Position numbers and translations under genes: made by a program. The notes under the pieces are model-generated. The model was not told the origin of the DNA and made no database searches. It saw only the letters and a list, made by a program, of their open reading frames with translations. Below, piece by piece: positions 6,980-16,092 of a stretch of DNA of 64,000 nucleotides; position 1 is the stretch's first letter, and each line of letters opens with the position of its first letter. The stretch lies in assembly GCA_028280785.1 (NCBI GenBank), contig JANQLF010000053.1, forward strand, positions 41,691 through 105,690, given 5' to 3'. Source of the DNA: Planctomycetota bacterium. Lineage in GTDB: Bacteria > Planctomycetota > UBA11346.

Positions 6980-7636
6980 AAACTTCTCCAAATTCATCGG
7001 CACCCGCCCCTGCTCATCAACCTGAAACCAATGCGCTCCACTCTCAGTACAAAATTCGCCATCTTCGCGTTTATGATTACCTATATGCAAGACTTCCGCG
7101 GCTGAACATTTCATCGTCTCGCAAATCGTTTCCATTATGCGGGTATCAGGTTTAGCCATGCCCATTTCGGCACTAATAAACATACGTTCGAAATAAACAT
7201 CGAGCTTTAAATCGGCAAGGATACCACGCACCCGTTCATCGAAGTTTGAACACACAACCAACGGAATTTTTTGCGATTGCACAAACGCGAGCATCTCATG
7301 AACATTGTCGAGCACATACCAATGCTCACCTTTACCAAATCCGTAAAACAAATCATCACAAAATGCTTCACTGACTTGAAGATTATGAGCTAATAAAAAA
7401 GTATAGCGAATAACTTGGTGCCAGAAATGTCGCGCGTCGGCTTGTGTCTTACCGTAAGCCAATTGGCACTCGCGCCGTGCTTTCATAAAGCCGGGTTTGA
7501 ATTGTGCGCCAATTGCCGCAGCTTCGACCTGATAACCATGGCCCTGTGCATAGCTGGCATAAATTTCACCGACGGATGGCTGTGGTAAAATCAGGGTCCC
7601 ATGCACATCACAGCTAACGACCTGTATCTTTGGCAT
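6953..7636 (-). CDS. HAD-IA family hydrolase (REG-2/HDHD3-like)
   Basis: Motif I is SCDVHGTLI. I place the start at the ATG 7636-7634 (MPKIQVV) rather than the ORF-track start at 7705. The last codons and the stop lie inside repeat copy C. Confidence 0.75.
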   Translation of the reverse strand: MPKIQVVSCDVHGTLILPQPSVGEIYASYAQGHGYQVEAAAIGAQFKPGFMKARRECQLAYGKTQADARHFWHQVIRYTFLLAHNLQVSEAFCDDLFYGFGKGEHWYVLDNVHEMLAFVQSQKIPLVVCSNFDERVRGILADLKLDVYFERMFISAEMGMAKPDTRIMETICETMKCSAAEVLHIGNHKREDGEFCTESGAHWFQVDEQGRVPMNLEKFKSMFEPRS

Positions 7637-7776
7637 GGTTTTATGATTCCGACAAATTGAAATGGAGAAAGTGTCCGGTTTGACATAAGTCTTGCATCTC
7701 TTCATTCACCCAGCAGGATAAGTGCATAATGATTAATAAATATTCTTTTGTTTGTTCACGAAAAATGCATTGGACC

Positions 7777-7858
7777 GCGAGGTGCAAGGGCTAGGTGATT
7801 CATTACGTTCAAGTTAGAACTACCTCGCCCGCAACGCTCACCGCCTTGTGGGTTTTTT
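7777..7858 (+). ncRNA. Candidate small structured RNA or 5' leader ending in an intrinsic terminator
   Basis: A long-range stem pairs GCGAGGT (7777-7783) with ACCTCGC (7822-7828). A terminator-like hairpin follows: CCCGCAA (7828-7834) pairs with TTGTGGG (7846-7852), with T6 at 7853-7858. No upstream plus-strand gene exists for it to terminate. Confidence 0.3.
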
Positions 7859-7913
7859 AATGAATTTTTCGTAAACACTGCATTAGCAATTATTTAAGAA
7901 AGGAATTTCAGAA

Positions 7914-8246
7914 GTGGCACCGATTCAATACATCGTGATCAAGCAAGGTGTAGCCGCTGCAAAAGTGCCGTCGATTTCGGCACACGCTGCGATTACTGCC
8001 TATGTGCATTGGCATGGTGAAAACGAAACGCAAGCATTTGCCGATTCGCTAAGTGAGCAGGAATCGCGTAAATTGCGTGTTGTTGTGGCTAATCCGACTA
8101 TGTTTGCACGTTTGAAAGAAACATTTCAAACCTACGTCTTAACTGATGGACAAGCAAACAACGAAGAGGTCGCACTCGTACCTAAGATTGAGGAAGATTA
8201 TCCGGATGATTTTATCAATTTACCAAACTGGTATGTCAATGCGTAA
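7914..8246 (+). CDS. Hypothetical protein, PTH2/DUF2000-like N-terminal motif
   Basis: 110 aa with a GTG start. IQYIVIKQGVAAAKVPSISAHAAITAY is paralogous to the partial ORF at 1-96. Confidence 0.5.
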   Translation: MAPIQYIVIKQGVAAAKVPSISAHAAITAYVHWHGENETQAFADSLSEQESRKLRVVVANPTMFARLKETFQTYVLTDGQANNEEVALVPKIEEDYPDDFINLPNWYVNA

Positions 8247-8388
8247 ACAACTTTTTGCTGGAGAAACCATGAAAGCAATTTCATTGCCACGTGCGGTTAA
8301 AGCGTGGACTGTGAAGAACAGCGTAATGATTAACTGTGCGTGTGGTTTTTTCCACGCAGCAAAATGCCGAATAACAATGGGGTCGTGA
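8239..8388 (+). CDS. Possible small Cys-containing ORF (49 aa)
   Basis: The sequence is MRKQLFAGETMKAISLPRAVKAWTVKNSVMINCACGFFHAAKCRITMGS. Its ATG overlaps the upstream stop in an ATGCGTAA arrangement. An internal ATG at 8269 has a GGAG upstream. Confidence 0.25.
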   Translation: MRKQLFAGETMKAISLPRAVKAWTVKNSVMINCACGFFHAAKCRITMGS

Positions 8389-8418
8389 TGATGACTTGTG
8401 AAGAACAGCACATTACGG

Positions 8419-8445
8419 CCTCGCCCTTCTCGGCGAGGTTTTTTT
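8419..8445 (+). terminator. Rho-independent terminator
   Basis: CCTCGCC-cttctc-GGCGAGG is followed by T7. Confidence 0.7.
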
Positions 8446-8472
8446 GTCTCAACTATAAAGAGGATGTGAACA

Positions 8473-8607
8473 ATGCGTAAACATCGTTTTATTAGTATGC
8501 TCCACATCGCTGTGCGTCGTCGTACTGGCTTTCGCCCGTATGCACAGGAAAAGCGTGTGCGTTCGTTTCCTCGTCGGCGTCATCAAGTACGTAAGCGTGC
8601 CTCTTAA
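8473..8607 (+). CDS. Possible very basic 44-aa protein
   Basis: The sequence is MRKHRFISMLHIAVRRRTGFRPYAQEKRVRSFPRRRHQVRKRAS (14 Arg, 3 Lys). An AGAGGA lies about 9 nt upstream. It falls below the ORF-track length cutoff. Confidence 0.3.
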   Translation: MRKHRFISMLHIAVRRRTGFRPYAQEKRVRSFPRRRHQVRKRAS

Positions 8608-8608
8608 A

Positions 8609-9667
8609 TCATTTTCCATAGGGAGGCAGCAAACGACGGAAACCGTGCAATAAAACAATAATCAGAAATAATATATTTCGGAATGGAATTAATGGCCACG
8701 CATAGCCCACCGGCTTAATCGTCTGTGGGTCTTGCGTCCATTCCATTAAGCGGATGGCCGCGCGGTCGAACACAGCTAGACTGCGCGGCCATTCTATTAA
8801 TCCATCCAACCAATCCTGTGGAATAACCGCACTACCATTATCAAGACCAGCAAGTGAGCCAATAATTGCACCGGTGGTATCAACATCACCACCGCAATTC
8901 CAAACTGCCTCAACGCTTGCTTTAAAATCACCGCGATGTTTTAAGAACGCACAAATAACAATCGGCACCGTGTGCATAACATAACCGCTGATGCCATGTG
9001 CACGTCCCATATTTTGCGCACATTCATCAACACTTTTTCCTTCTTCAACATCGGCTTGTAATTGTGTAATAGCATGCTGCCACACGTATTCGTCACTGCA
9101 GGCAAATAAATCTTGCCACAAGGTCAATTCAGGATCACCACGTACAATCCACGCAGCCATATCAGCAATGGCAATCGCCCCTGCTTCCGCCAATGGATTA
9201 TGATGGGTAATAGCCGTCGATGCTTTAACAAATAAGTGTCGTCGTTCGGTGTCCTCTGCAAACATTGCACCCAATAATGCAACGCGCATTGCTGCGCCAT
9301 TACCGCCGGAATTAACTCCTGCTCGATGAGCGGGCCAACCACACCACAAACGAATAATCGCACGTGCGGTAGCGAGCCCCACGCCTGCTGGCAAACACAC
9401 AAACCACCAACGCAATTTCCAGGCTAATGATTTTTGGAATGCGACGCTGTTACCACCGCTTTTTATTAATGCCTGGGCAACAAATAATGTTTGCTCCGAA
9501 TCATCGCTGATCATACCTCTGCCACAGAAGAGCCGGTGCCGCCAACCTTTTTTCTCATAAAATGCGGCAACACGCTTGCGACTCAAACCTTCGGCAGGCA
9601 AACCGACTGCGTCACCAACAACGCATCCATACAATAAACCACGTAAGTGCTCTTCATTCAGCGGCAT
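8609..9667 (-). CDS. ADP-ribosylglycohydrolase family protein with a hydrophobic C-terminal tail
   Basis: Motifs present: GDAVGLP, SDDSEQT, GNGAAMR and [10 protein letters not shown]. The C-terminus is [20 protein letters not shown]. Confidence 0.85.
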   Translation of the reverse strand: MPLNEEHLRGLLYGCVVGDAVGLPAEGLSRKRVAAFYEKKGWRHRLFCGRGMISDDSEQTLFVAQALIKSGGNSVAFQKSLAWKLRWWFVCLPAGVGLATARAIIRLWCGWPAHRAGVNSGGNGAAMRVALLGAMFAEDTERRHLFVKASTAITHHNPLAEAGAIAIADMAAWIVRGDPELTLWQDLFACSDEYVWQHAITQLQADVEEGKSVDECAQNMGRAHGISGYVMHTVPIVICAFLKHRGDFKASVEAVWNCGGDVDTTGAIIGSLAGLDNGSAVIPQDWLDGLIEWPRSLAVFDRAAIRLMEWTQDPQTIKPVGYAWPLIPFRNILFLIIVLLHGFRRLLPPYGK

Positions 9668-10193
9668 TGTTATCGCGTAATTCCTCTAAGGTACGATCAT
9701 AAATTTCGTGATCGTAGCGACTAAAACAGCAACAGATAATGCGCTCTATTGATGCATGTGCGCTCAATTGCGCCAATAATTCACCAAGTGCAATACGGCA
9801 GGCCCGTTCGATCGGAAATCCATAAATACCGGTCGATACACAAGGAAAGGCAATCGAGCTTAATTGATGTTCTCGCATTAATTCACAGGAGCGTCTGTAA
9901 CAGGATAAGAGCAGAGCATCCTCGTCATAAACACCGCCATCCCACACAGGACCTACTGTATGAATGACATGCCGCGCCGGCAAATTGTAGCCAGCCGTTA
10001 TTTTTGCATTACCGGTTTTACAACCATGTAGATCACGACATTCATTAACTAACTCTGGACCAGCGGCGCGATGAATGGCGCCATCAACACCGCCACCACC
10101 GAGCAATGACGAATTCGCCGCATTCACGATCGCATCGACATCAAGTTGACAAATATCCCCTTGTATAATCTGCAATCGATTTTCTGCGCTCAT
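9654..10193 (-). CDS. Macro-domain protein (YmdB-type O-acetyl-ADP-ribose deacetylase-like)
   Basis: Motif GDI...[26 protein letters not shown] is present. It overlaps the downstream ARH gene by 14 nt and the upstream gene in an ATGA arrangement. Confidence 0.9.
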   Translation of the reverse strand: MSAENRLQIIQGDICQLDVDAIVNAANSSLLGGGGVDGAIHRAAGPELVNECRDLHGCKTGNAKITAGYNLPARHVIHTVGPVWDGGVYDEDALLLSCYRRSCELMREHQLSSIAFPCVSTGIYGFPIERACRIALGELLAQLSAHASIERIICCCFSRYDHEIYDRTLEELRDNNAAE

Positions 10194-13100
10194 TCCACTG
10201 CCTCGACGCTCATGACCTGATATTGAACAGGATCAATTTTTATTTCCCAAATCGATTTGGCTTGACGATCCAAAATTAATGGAATACGCAGATCCTTTTT
10301 CTCTGTATTGCTCAAGACCAATTCATAATCCCCATAGAATACATTATGCTTAACACGACCATGAATAGGCACAGTACCTTGTTCATGTGAATGCAATTCC
10401 TCGTGAATTAATTTTTTCAGATGAAAGAAAGCCGGCTTAGGCTTGCCTTCTTTATCAACAATACCTGAACCGGTCATCCAGGTCTGCGCGCTGGTACCCC
10501 ACATATTAATCACATCAACAGTAGGGTGACTAAAGCAGGCTTTATATATCAACGCATAATACTCGCCCTGTAAATCAGCATTCCATTGGCCACCACGCAC
10601 ATCGCCGAGTATCGTTTTATTTACATGCATGCCGAATTCACTGATGTGCACGCGCAGGCCTTCATCCTGAAAAGCATCCAAGGTTTCATAGAGAACATTT
10701 AAATCAGCATATAAACCAAAGGGACGATGACCGTGAAAGGCAAAGAAGTCTAATTCAACCCCTTGTTTACGCAGCCATTTCACTTCGTTCATCCCACGCA
10801 ACAAATCCTGATTGCGTTTTTTACTGCCTGGTTTTTGCTTGGTATAGAAACGCGCACAATCACTAATGCCGAGTTTTGCTTCCGGCATACGCTCACGAAA
10901 TAACTGGAAGGCTTTAACTGATTCGCGCAATAAATGTTTCTCATTCACCACTTGCCAATGTTTAATATGTTCACCATAGCGATCGATAATTTCATTGGTG
11001 TGTTTTAATAGTGCTGCCTGCTTACCCTCTTTATCTTTTTTCTTAAGCCATTGTGGATAATAACCAGTTACAAAATGATATTCGATATCAACGTTATTGG
11101 CCGCACACCATTCAACATAGGCATCTAAATCATCCCAAAAGCGCTGACCTTCAACTGGCTCGGTATAAAACCATTTGGCGCTATAGGGAATGGTCGACCA
11201 ATTAAATACTTGTTTAAAATGCTCTAAATCCGTGTCTTTGACAATTGGTGGGACAAAGCGCTTTTTCTTATTCTGTTTATGCTGTTTAAAAAACGGCAGG
11301 CCTGCGCCAAAACCGAAGTCATGCTTTTGCAGCGTTAAAGCGTACGCAGTATTTTGCAGCGGTTTGCCATCAGCATCGAGAATGCGCAGTTCAAAGTCAC
11401 GTTTGCGGTAACGCTGAATATTTGGTTCAATGGTATGTTTAACGAAGGCTTTTTGCGCCTGCCACAGTTCTTCATTTTTAACAAAATCAGGTGTTGGCGG
11501 TGGTGGCTTCACCTCCGGTACGCATAACTGCCATTGTTGATTATGGTAAACCTGTTTTAATTCAGTCGGGCGACTGCTTGGTAGTACGAGATAATTCAGC
11601 TTCCAATTATCAGCTAAAGCCAATAACTCTTCATCATTTGCATAAATATAACTACGACCACGATCTTCGAGATTTCGTTCTAATTCATTGATGCGTAATC
11701 CTAATTGCAATGCGCTCATGCGCTCTCGCCATTGATCAGCGTAATCCGGCATAAAATACAATTGTGTGCCATCGCGCCATTCACCAACGATGCTACGCTC
11801 GGCATGTATGCGAAAACCACTGCGATTCGATGGGCTGGCAATCAAGGCATCTTTTTCTGTATTAAATTTAACCCAATTTTGAAGGTCTAACCATGCATTG
11901 CTGTTTTGTTGCAACATCGGGCTCAGCATCATTAAAAAGGCAGTGCTTAAACCGAGTATACTGAGGTTTGCCTGCGTTACGAATCCTGGCCAATTTGGGC
12001 GGCCAATGCGAATAATAACTCCGAGTATACATAATAATGACAAGCCAATAATACTTATGCGTATCCAGGTCCAATCGACAAATATCTCTGATGAAAATGT
12101 AAACAACGGAATCGATAGATAAAAATAACTTAATAAAACACAGATATGTAAGGCGCCTACACAGGCTGCTCCGCGCCAGGTTAGGGATCCAACCCATAAA
12201 CTCAGTAGGGTCGCCACAGACAGCAATACATATAAAAATCCTTGAAGGCCTGGAATCGCAGCACAGATACAACTACAACTTAAAACTGCGGCTAAGCACA
12301 TATATGGCACTTCTTTTTCTCGCCAGGCTCGAAAAATCCCATGTCCACACAACAAGCACACCAGCAACAGCATTAATCCGGAAGAGCGCCACAACTGCGC
12401 TTTCACAATGCTGACCGAACTCGTACCGATAAAACCAACGAGTAAAAACAGCATGAACACCAACCAGGTTGCCACCGCCATACGCCGATGAAACGGCTCG
12501 CGTACAAACGGCAGCGCCAATGCGCCAAATAAAACTATTTGTGCAAAACGAGCAATACTGCCATCACCTTCTTCCCATAAATGTATTGGGAAACTATGGT
12601 GTGCTGATCGTATCTCCATTAATGCCCACCATTGGTCACCGATCGTTTGGCGATTAATCACAATGTCGATCAAGGTCGGCAGGGCACAAACAAATGCGAC
12701 ACCAGCGATAAGGCCCAAACGCCACAATTGGCGTGGTGGATAAATTGCTAATGACATTGCCGCGATAAATACCGCAGCATAGGCCGCATGCAGCGCATGA
12801 ATATTAAATAATAAGCCGAGCAATAATCCGGCCATTATATGACGTTGTTGCCAAAAAATAACCAAGCACCACATCATCCACGGGATGCTTAACCAGGTAT
12901 GGGTAAAGCCGATGCTATAAATATCAGCACCTGCCAAAGCATGATGCTGACCTATTAACACCATCAAACTGCAAATGATTCCTGACCACAATTCACCAAA
13001 CAAAATATACGACGCATAGAGCAATGCACCAAACAAACAAGCGCTACAGACAATATGCAAGACCGCATAGACAATTTGGTAATCAACCAAGACGCATATA

Positions 13101-13387
13101 TATGCTAATAATTTATAAGCATAAGATGGATAATAATTAATTGTTTCTATAACAGCTGGATCTTGCGCATATAATTGTGGGTTAATTAAATATTTCAGAT
13201 ACGGGATTTGAATGGTTTGATTACCAACACCCAAACTATAACCAGCAAGACAGACTTGCAGTATGCCAAATGCGACTGCTAATAAAAAAATCAACATGCG
13301 ATAACGTCGACGTTCCACATGCGCAGCATCAAGATCCGCTAGTATTCCATTGCGCTCAAAACGTTCTGAGTAAGCTGTCCACACCAT
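10190..13387 (-). CDS. Polytopic membrane protein (about 14 TM) fused to a C-terminal GH10-like TIM-barrel domain
   Basis: The N-terminal roughly 500 aa are hydrophobic helices. The C-terminal part carries GH10-like motifs: [19 protein letters not shown] (acid/base Glu), ISEFGMH (nucleophile Glu) and INMWGTS. The true start could be the internal Met at 13297. Confidence 0.7.
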   Translation of the reverse strand: MVWTAYSERFERNGILADLDAAHVERRRYRMLIFLLAVAFGILQVCLAGYSLGVGNQTIQIPYLKYLINPQLYAQDPAVIETINYYPSYAYKLLAYICVLVDYQIVYAVLHIVCSACLFGALLYASYILFGELWSGIICSLMVLIGQHHALAGADIYSIGFTHTWLSIPWMMWCLVIFWQQRHIMAGLLLGLLFNIHALHAAYAAVFIAAMSLAIYPPRQLWRLGLIAGVAFVCALPTLIDIVINRQTIGDQWWALMEIRSAHHSFPIHLWEEGDGSIARFAQIVLFGALALPFVREPFHRRMAVATWLVFMLFLLVGFIGTSSVSIVKAQLWRSSGLMLLLVCLLCGHGIFRAWREKEVPYMCLAAVLSCSCICAAIPGLQGFLYVLLSVATLLSLWVGSLTWRGAACVGALHICVLLSYFYLSIPLFTFSSEIFVDWTWIRISIIGLSLLCILGVIIRIGRPNWPGFVTQANLSILGLSTAFLMMLSPMLQQNSNAWLDLQNWVKFNTEKDALIASPSNRSGFRIHAERSIVGEWRDGTQLYFMPDYADQWRERMSALQLGLRINELERNLEDRGRSYIYANDEELLALADNWKLNYLVLPSSRPTELKQVYHNQQWQLCVPEVKPPPPTPDFVKNEELWQAQKAFVKHTIEPNIQRYRKRDFELRILDADGKPLQNTAYALTLQKHDFGFGAGLPFFKQHKQNKKKRFVPPIVKDTDLEHFKQVFNWSTIPYSAKWFYTEPVEGQRFWDDLDAYVEWCAANNVDIEYHFVTGYYPQWLKKKDKEGKQAALLKHTNEIIDRYGEHIKHWQVVNEKHLLRESVKAFQLFRERMPEAKLGISDCARFYTKQKPGSKKRNQDLLRGMNEVKWLRKQGVELDFFAFHGHRPFGLYADLNVLYETLDAFQDEGLRVHISEFGMHVNKTILGDVRGGQWNADLQGEYYALIYKACFSHPTVDVINMWGTSAQTWMTGSGIVDKEGKPKPAFFHLKKLIHEELHSHEQGTVPIHGRVKHNVFYGDYELVLSNTEKKDLRIPLILDRQAKSIWEIKIDPVQYQVMSVEAVE

Positions 13388-13835
13388 GGCTATCGCTGTT
13401 TACCCTCGTTTCCCTAGCATACTTATAGTTGCATCCAGCATCGCGGCTAGCCTATTGGTCGGCTTTGTCTCAATGAGTCAAGCACAGGGTCGCTTAGATG
13501 CGCTCGAACAGCAAATCGCTACTAGCGACGATCCTGCCTTATGGCTTGAATTCGCGAATGGTTTATTCCAACAAAAACACTACGCAAAATCAGCACAAGC
13601 GTATGCGCATATTTTAAGCCAAGACCCCTATCATCGACGTGCACAATTTCAGCGTGCACTTGCACTTGCTCAGGCCGAACTCAGTGACGATCTTCATAGC
13701 TACATGGAGGCTTTAACTTATGAACAAGCCTTACTGGCCAACGAAATTTTCTCACGCGCAGAGCTTAAAGCTTTTTTACATGAAGAGCGCTTTCAACATT
13801 TAGCGCACGAAGCACGAGTACAAGCGGTTGATTAA
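13386..13835 (+). CDS. Small secreted helical (TPR-like) protein
   Basis: 149 aa with a signal-like N-terminus (SILIVASSIAASLLVGFVSMSQA/QG) and a helical repeat-like remainder. Confidence 0.45.
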   Translation: MAIAVYPRFPSILIVASSIAASLLVGFVSMSQAQGRLDALEQQIATSDDPALWLEFANGLFQQKHYAKSAQAYAHILSQDPYHRRAQFQRALALAQAELSDDLHSYMEALTYEQALLANEIFSRAELKAFLHEERFQHLAHEARVQAVD

Positions 13836-14253
13836 GCTCGCTCAACGCTGTCTCGCTGATAAGCGCTTCCGTTTTTTAATCAGCGGTGGCCTTGGTTTTG
13901 TCGTCTACATGGGATTACTAGCAGGATTTTTCCAACTACCCTTCACCCAAACCAGCAATCTCAATATCGTTGTCACAAACATAATTGTCACTGAGTTATC
14001 TATGTTGTTTGCTTTTCGCATGCATAACCATTTTACTTGGCAACATGATAAGGCACATAGTTTTGGCAAACGCTTCCTCCAATTTCACATCGCATCCGGT
14101 ATTGGTTTGGCCTTACGCCACCTAAGCTTTGGCATCATGGTTTATACAGGCATCGATAAATATATTGCAGGCGCCGTGAGTTCGATACTCGCTGCAATCG
14201 TCAACTATTTTTGTTATGACCGCATCGTTTTTAAGGCGGCAAAAAATGACTGA
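13828..14253 (+). CDS. GtrA-family membrane protein
   Basis: TTG start. RFLISGGLGFVVYMGL is followed by four TM helices. It overlaps both neighbouring genes. Confidence 0.7.
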   Translation: MIKLAQRCLADKRFRFLISGGLGFVVYMGLLAGFFQLPFTQTSNLNIVVTNIIVTELSMLFAFRMHNHFTWQHDKAHSFGKRFLQFHIASGIGLALRHLSFGIMVYTGIDKYIAGAVSSILAAIVNYFCYDRIVFKAAKND

Positions 14254-15001
14254 ACGTGTATTAAGCGTACTTATGCCTGCCTATAACGAAGCTGCGACTA
14301 TAGAAACTATTGTCGGCAAAGTGCTCGAGCTGCCAATGCTCAAGGAATTGATCATTGTTAATGACTGCTCAACTGACAACACCGCCGAAATTATTGAATC
14401 AATGGATAGTGACCTTATTACGCTGATAACACTTGAAAAAAATAGCGGTAAAACCGCAGCTATAAAAGAAGCCATTAAACATATCAATGGTGATATTGCG
14501 ATCATTCAGGATGCTGATTTAGAATATGACCCTGAAGAGATTCCGTTGGTAATTGATCCCATTCTCAAGGATCAGGCCGATGTTGTTTATGGCTCTCGTT
14601 TTCTCGTACGTCGCGCTGCGCGGGTCTTGTATTATTATCACTATATCGGCAATAAAGTACTCACCGCTATATCAAATGTTTTAACCAATTTAAATATCAC
14701 TGATATGGAAACTTGTTACAAAGCTTTCCGCGCACCAATTATCAAGCATTTACCGTTGTCGAGCAAAGGCTTCGGTATGGAAGTTGAAATCACGGCGATG
14801 ATCGCACGCCAACGCTTACGGATATTTGAAGTACCCATTTCCTATTACGGTCGCACTTATGAAGAAGGCAAAAAAATAGGACTTAAGGACGGCATACACG
14901 CGCTATGGTATTTGTTTTACTATAATTTAATTCGTCCGCGAAAACGCATATGTAAAGAGTATTTTAAGAAGGTAAAATCTGAATTAGAGCCTGAACCTTA
15001 G
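14246..15001 (+). CDS. GT2 glycosyltransferase (polyprenyl-phosphate sugar synthase, GtrB/Dpm1-like)
   Basis: Motifs VLMPAYNEA, IIVNDCSTDNT and IQDADLEYDP are present. I chose the ATG at 14246, which overlaps the gtrA stop by 8 nt. Confidence 0.85.
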   Translation: MTERVLSVLMPAYNEAATIETIVGKVLELPMLKELIIVNDCSTDNTAEIIESMDSDLITLITLEKNSGKTAAIKEAIKHINGDIAIIQDADLEYDPEEIPLVIDPILKDQADVVYGSRFLVRRAARVLYYYHYIGNKVLTAISNVLTNLNITDMETCYKAFRAPIIKHLPLSSKGFGMEVEITAMIARQRLRIFEVPISYYGRTYEEGKKIGLKDGIHALWYLFYYNLIRPRKRICKEYFKKVKSELEPEP

Positions 15002-15879
15002 GTACCCGCTCTTTCCTTTTCTTTTTCTAGTAATTCAGCCTGATGCTTCAGCCGCGGTGGCACTATGCGCTCGCGCTCACTCGTAATGTGAAAATCCAAA
15101 TACTCTACGCTGAGTGCATGTAAGACTGCACGCTCGACAGGCGAATAATCACTGCCATCGGTGCGATGAAAACACATTGGTTCCTTAAACGAGCAGCATG
15201 GATTGATGATGAAGCGCGCTTTTTCTGAATGATTAAAACTCGATGCGTGCAACATATACGGATGCATCAGAATCACGTCACCGGCCTTAGCCGTTGCCTC
15301 AACAAAATGTTCACACTTCTCAATTAATCCAGCTTCAGAAAAATCAAAGGGACTAAAGCCTTCCGGACGATCACGCAAGAATTCAGCAACGTGTCTGATA
15401 GAATCCGGTGCGATAAAGGTACCGCCACCATGTGGATCGATGTCACTAAATACAATAATGGTTAATAAGGCCTGCTCGGGACTATCTAAAAAATGTTTGA
15501 AAAAATCGCCGTCTTTGTGCCAACCTTTAACGCTCGGACTTGGTGCCTGCCATTCTTGGTCGCGACCCATGCCGTAATTGGCAATAAATCCATTCGACCA
15601 GCGAATATTATCGCCGTCAATGCGATCTTTACCGCCGCATAATTCGCGGATCGCCTCTACTGCCAATGGAGAAATTTCTTTGGCTGGGATAATTTCAGTA
15701 GAAGGCATGTGAATTTTACCGACGGGCCAAGTGCTGCGGTCATGTTCATCGATGCCGTTGCGCTTCCAGGTATCTTGTACCCAGCGATGTGCTATTGATC
15801 CGGGCGAGCAATCAAAGGCTCCGTGTAAATGCACGTAACCGTTCTTAATAAAGTCTTGGATCTGAGCTTCTGCTAACAT
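14998..15879 (-). CDS. PhyH-like Fe(II)/2-oxoglutarate dioxygenase family protein
   Basis: The N-terminus is FIKNGYVHL, with an HxD at WHKDGD and a distal His in MHPYMLHAS. Confidence 0.6.
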   Translation of the reverse strand: MLAEAQIQDFIKNGYVHLHGAFDCSPGSIAHRWVQDTWKRNGIDEHDRSTWPVGKIHMPSTEIIPAKEISPLAVEAIRELCGGKDRIDGDNIRWSNGFIANYGMGRDQEWQAPSPSVKGWHKDGDFFKHFLDSPEQALLTIIVFSDIDPHGGGTFIAPDSIRHVAEFLRDRPEGFSPFDFSEAGLIEKCEHFVEATAKAGDVILMHPYMLHASSFNHSEKARFIINPCCSFKEPMCFHRTDGSDYSPVERAVLHALSVEYLDFHITSERERIVPPRLKHQAELLEKEKERAGT

Positions 15880-16092
15880 TTCTCATTCCTCTAACGCGGT
15901 AGTTTACCAAAGTCCAACTGAGATCAAAAGATAAAAACCGTATAAACCATCGGGTTATTATCGCAGTCGTTTTTATGTTCACGGTTATTAAACACAGACT
16001 GTTTAAAATGGGAGTGAAGTGTTCTATTTAGACAAAAAACCGCTAGCACTGCCGATCTCAGGGCATACACAAGGCGCTTTACGGAGGACTCC

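Noticed and set aside
8220-8658. Minus-strand ORFs 8220..8507 and 8449..8658.
   Set aside because: They run antisense across a strong plus-strand terminator and the two plus-strand sORFs. They lack SD sequences, and their products have odd composition.
9654-10193. The macro domain could be a DarG-like antitoxin of a DarTG system.
   Set aside because: No DarT-like (DUF4433) partner is present. The sequence looks like stand-alone YmdB-type macro domains, and its neighbours are an ARH and a glycan enzyme.
10190-13387. Several 60-134-aa ORFs lie inside or antisense to the membrane/GH10 gene (for example 11868..12272 and 11190..11411).
   Set aside because: They are fully nested in a long, motif-supported CDS, and nothing supports them independently.
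14998-15001. Convergent genes overlap at their stop codons at 14998-15001, and similarly at 35212-35215 and 53602-53605.
   Set aside because: The overlaps are real, but they are a common consequence of compact gene packing. No terminator or regulatory structure could be tied to them.
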